From assembly GCA_000043285.1 (NCBI GenBank), contig BX248583.1, forward strand, positions 660,001 to 692,000: 32,000 bases of DNA, in the 5' to 3' direction. The notes below the pieces were generated by a model that saw nothing but the letters and a program-made list of their open reading frames with translations, made no database searches and was not told where the DNA came from. The position numbers and the translations under genes were made by a program. Shown here one piece after another: positions 29,121-32,000 of this stretch. This DNA is from Candidatus Blochmanniella floridana. Lineage in GTDB: Bacteria > Pseudomonadota > Gammaproteobacteria > Enterobacterales > Enterobacteriaceae. Position 1 is the first letter of the stretch. Every line of letters begins with the position of its first letter.

Positions 29121-29172
29121 TATTGATTTTTCTATGATTCATATACTTATATGAATCATAGAAAAATCAATA
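29121..29172. repeat. perfect 25-bp-arm palindrome (2-nt centre) downstream of ubiD
   Basis: 29121-29145 TATTGATTTTTCTATGATTCATATA is the exact reverse complement of 29148-29172. About 127 nt past the ubiD stop. Confidence 0.9.
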
Positions 29173-29298
29173 AGATAGATGTGTATATACATAATTTTGT
29201 TGTTTTTAGTTAATATATTATTAATCTTATGATTCATAATAATTTTTATTATAAATATATATTGTATGTAATTGTATATATTATAACGGTTTGTAATA

Positions 29299-30798
29299 TT
29301 AATTTTTATGTTTGAATGGTTTTTCATTACATGGTATGTGTAATTGATCCCATATATCATTAATTCGAGATTGTATAGAATTATTCATTTGAATTGGTTT
29401 TCCCCATGTTCTTTGTGTTTCTCCAGGCCATTTATTTGTTGCATCTATACCCATTTTCGATCCTAATCCAGAAATAGGACTAGAAAAATCAAGATAATCT
29501 ATAGGAGTATTTTCTGCAATAATTATGTCTCGAGCTGGATCCATACGTGTAGATATCGCCCATATTACATCTTTCCAGTCTCTTGCATTAATATCATCAT
29601 CGCATACAAGTATAAATTTAGTATACATAAATTGATTTAAGCAAGACCATACTCCAAAAATTATTTTTTTTGCATGTCCTAGAAATTGTTTTTTTATAGT
29701 TACTATAGCTAATCTATATGAGCAGCCTTCTGGAGGTAAATAAAAATCTATAATTTCTGGAAATTGTTTTTGTATAATTGGAATGAATAATTCATTCATT
29801 GCCATACCTAAAATGGAAGGTTCATCTGGGGGTCGTCCGGTGTATGTAGAATGATATATTGGATTATTTCTATGAGTAATATGTGTAATAGTACAAACTG
29901 GAAATTTTTCAGTAGAATTATAATATCCTGTATGATCTCCGAATGGACCTTCTACCGCTATATCATCCCTATTTATATATCCTTCTAATATTATTTCAGA
30001 ATATGCAGGAACATATAAATTAGATGAGATACATTTGGTTACTGCTGTTTTACTTCCTCGTAATAATCCAGAGAAAGCATATTCTGATAAAGTATTAGGA
30101 ATAGGAATGGCTGCTCCTATTAAAGTAGCTGGATCAGCTCCTAAAGCTATAGCAATAGGGAATTTTTTTTCTGAAGAGTGTGTATACCATTCTTGAAAGT
30201 CTAATGCTCCACCTCTATGAGCAAGCCATCTAATAATTATTTTATTTTTAGATAATACTTGATGACGATAAATTCCAAGATTTTGTCTTTTATTGGTAAA
30301 TCCTTGAGTAATAGTAATACCCCAAGTAATAGCTATTGATATATCTCCAGGCCAACTTTTCATGATTGGCATTTGTGTAATATCGATATCTTGTGCATTA
30401 TTCCATATATTTTCTTGACATACAGCATTGCTTACATGTTTTATTGGCATATTTAAAATTTGTCGAAAATTAGGTATTTTAGATAGGAAATCTCGAAATC
30501 CAGTTGGTATTTGAGGTTCTTTTAAAAACGCAAGTAATTTTCCAATATCTCGTAAGGATAGGATATTTTTAATGCCTATTCCTAATTCTATTCTACTGAT
30601 TGTGCCAAATAAATTACATAAAATGGGAATAGAATGACCTATGGGATTTGTAAATAATAATGCTGGTCCTTGAGATTTTAGAGTGCGATGAGCAATTTCA
30701 GTGATTTCTAAATTTGGATCAACAGGAAAGTCAATTTTCTTTAATTCCCCTTGATATTCTAAAGTTTTAATAAAATTACGTAAATCTTTATAGGTCAT
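29299..30798 (-). CDS. ubiD: 4-hydroxy-3-polyprenylbenzoate decarboxylase
   Basis: 499 aa ORF collinear with E. coli UbiD ([10 protein letters not shown]..., [10 protein letters not shown], size 497 aa). Confidence 0.93.
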   Translation of the reverse strand: MTYKDLRNFIKTLEYQGELKKIDFPVDPNLEITEIAHRTLKSQGPALLFTNPIGHSIPILCNLFGTISRIELGIGIKNILSLRDIGKLLAFLKEPQIPTGFRDFLSKIPNFRQILNMPIKHVSNAVCQENIWNNAQDIDITQMPIMKSWPGDISIAITWGITITQGFTNKRQNLGIYRHQVLSKNKIIIRWLAHRGGALDFQEWYTHSSEKKFPIAIALGADPATLIGAAIPIPNTLSEYAFSGLLRGSKTAVTKCISSNLYVPAYSEIILEGYINRDDIAVEGPFGDHTGYYNSTEKFPVCTITHITHRNNPIYHSTYTGRPPDEPSILGMAMNELFIPIIQKQFPEIIDFYLPPEGCSYRLAIVTIKKQFLGHAKKIIFGVWSCLNQFMYTKFILVCDDDINARDWKDVIWAISTRMDPARDIIIAENTPIDYLDFSSPISGLGSKMGIDATNKWPGETQRTWGKPIQMNNSIQSRINDIWDQLHIPCNEKPFKHKN

Positions 30799-30905
30799 GA
30801 TGTTATAAATATGTATAATTTTATTATATAATATTAAAATAATTGGTTATATTTATGTATAATATCATGATAATTTGATTCTTTGTATTTATTTAATAAT
30901 GATTG

Positions 30906-32000
30906 TTAGCTTATTCGTTTCCATCCTATTATCCATATAAAAATTCCAAATATACATAAATATATAGGAAGAGTTTCAATTTTTTTGAATTGCATAAAAC
31001 AGAAAATACTACTAATAATTAATATTAATCCAATTCCAAATAAGAATAAAGCTTGAGCATTGCGTGTGCGTTGTATGCGTAATTCTTGTGTGAGAATATT
31101 GATATTTTTTTTTATTTCGAATGAATATTTTAATTCATTGGATAATAATAATGGTAATTCTGGAAATTTATTTATCCAGCAAGGTATTTTATCTTTTAAA
31201 ATATGTATTATTTTTGAGAATTGTAGTTGTTCTTGCATCCAGTTTTCTAAAAATGGTTTTGCAGATTGCCATAAATTTAAATGAGGGTATAATTGCCTTA
31301 CTATTCCTTCAATGTATAATAAAGTTTTTTGTAGTAAAATTAGTTGAGGTTGTATTTCCATTTGAAAGTATCGAGCAATATTAAATAAATGTAATAATAC
31401 GCTACTGAATGGAATATCTATTAGTGGTTTTTCGAAAATTGGTTCAAATACTGTTCTTATTTCATATTCAAAATCTTCGATATTGGTATCAATAGGAATC
31501 CAACCAGAATCTAAATGTAATTCTGCTATTTTTCGATAATCACGATTAAAAAATGCAATAAAATTAGATGCTAGATAATATTTGTCTTTTTTATTTAAAG
31601 ATCCCATAATTCCACAATCAATACTAATATATTGTGGGTTTTGTGGATTTTTATAATTAATAAAAATGTTACCAGGATGCATATCTCCATGAAAGAAACT
31701 ATCTCGAAAGACTTGAGTAAAAAATATTTCTACTCCTCTTTCTGCTAATAATTTCATATCGATACCTTGTTTTTTTAATTTTTCTGTTTCATATATAGGA
31801 ATACCATAAATACGCTCCATAACCATTATATTTTCCCGACAAAAATCTACATATACTTCTGGAATATATAATATATTGCTGGATTTAAAATTTCTTTTTA
31901 GTTTTATAGTATTAGCTGTTTCTTTAAGTAGGTTAAGTTCATTAAAAAGAATTTTTTTATATTCCAATACTATTTTTGAGAATTTAAATTGTTGTCTTTT
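30906..32000 (-). CDS. ubiB: ubiquinone biosynthesis protein kinase-like UbiB, C-terminal ~365 aa (5' end beyond the window)
   Basis: The frame stays open to the window edge upstream of the track's TTG. ABC1/UbiB motifs are present (MERIYGIPI, FFHGDMHPGNIF, IDCGIMGSL) along with two C-terminal TM helices. Confidence 0.9.
   Translation of the reverse strand, partial: KRQQFKFSKIVLEYKKILFNELNLLKETANTIKLKRNFKSSNILYIPEVYVDFCRENIMVMERIYGIPIYETEKLKKQGIDMKLLAERGVEIFFTQVFRDSFFHGDMHPGNIFINYKNPQNPQYISIDCGIMGSLNKKDKYYLASNFIAFFNRDYRKIAELHLDSGWIPIDTNIEDFEYEIRTVFEPIFEKPLIDIPFSSVLLHLFNIARYFQMEIQPQLILLQKTLLYIEGIVRQLYPHLNLWQSAKPFLENWMQEQLQFSKIIHILKDKIPCWINKFPELPLLLSNELKYSFEIKKNINILTQELRIQRTRNAQALFLFGIGLILIISSIFCFMQFKKIETLPIYLCIFGIFIWIIGWKRIS

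Noticed and set aside
29139-29360. 73-aa - strand ORF spanning the palindrome at 29121-29172 and overlapping the ubiD 3' end.
   Set aside because: It is pure Ile/Asn/Tyr/Lys low-complexity sequence, overlaps ubiD, and has no motif. It is an AT-rich artefact.

Overview
This window is a very AT-rich stretch of a reduced gammaproteobacterial chromosome, derived from Enterobacterales and typical of an insect nutritional endosymbiont. It holds 28 housekeeping or biosynthetic CDSs and 3 tRNAs, separated by long non-coding spacers. Local gene order follows E. coli: ilvGMED, metB-metF, rpmE, fpr, tpiA, pfkA, cysE-gpsA-grxC-yibN | hldD-waaF-waaC, waaA, rpmG-rpmB, dut, yicC, gmk-rpoZ, glnA, polA, ubiD-ubiB. 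The gene content (BCAA, Met and Cys synthesis, glnA, LPS core, ubiquinone) looks like Candidatus Blochmannia, but that is an unverified inference. I see no transposases, integrases, phage genes, CRISPR arrays or recognisable defence or toxin genes, so there is no classical accessory island. Four things are not ordinary. (1) Strand composition flips sharply at the divergent yibN|hldD spacer (about 14.4-14.8 kb). The + strand is strongly C>G and A>T to the left and G>C and T>A to the right, whatever the local gene orientation. That is the signature of a replication origin, here at a non-canonical locus with no visible DnaA box. (2) A 72-nt perfect palindrome with a GC-rich core sits exactly at that flip. 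(3) Six more long perfect palindromes (21-35 bp arms) lie at other gene junctions, some overlapping the stop codons or C-termini of flanking genes. (4) An orphan MarR-family regulator is bracketed by such palindromes at a position where E. coli has no such gene. Smaller observations are a polA with substituted proofreading residues, a C-terminally truncated cysE, a Leu/Ile/Val-rich 18-codon uORF overlapping the ilvG start, an orphaned rrn-type tRNA cluster, and long coding homopolymers. Everything was done by eye. Palindromes inside coding regions were not searched exhaustively, and no homology search was run.
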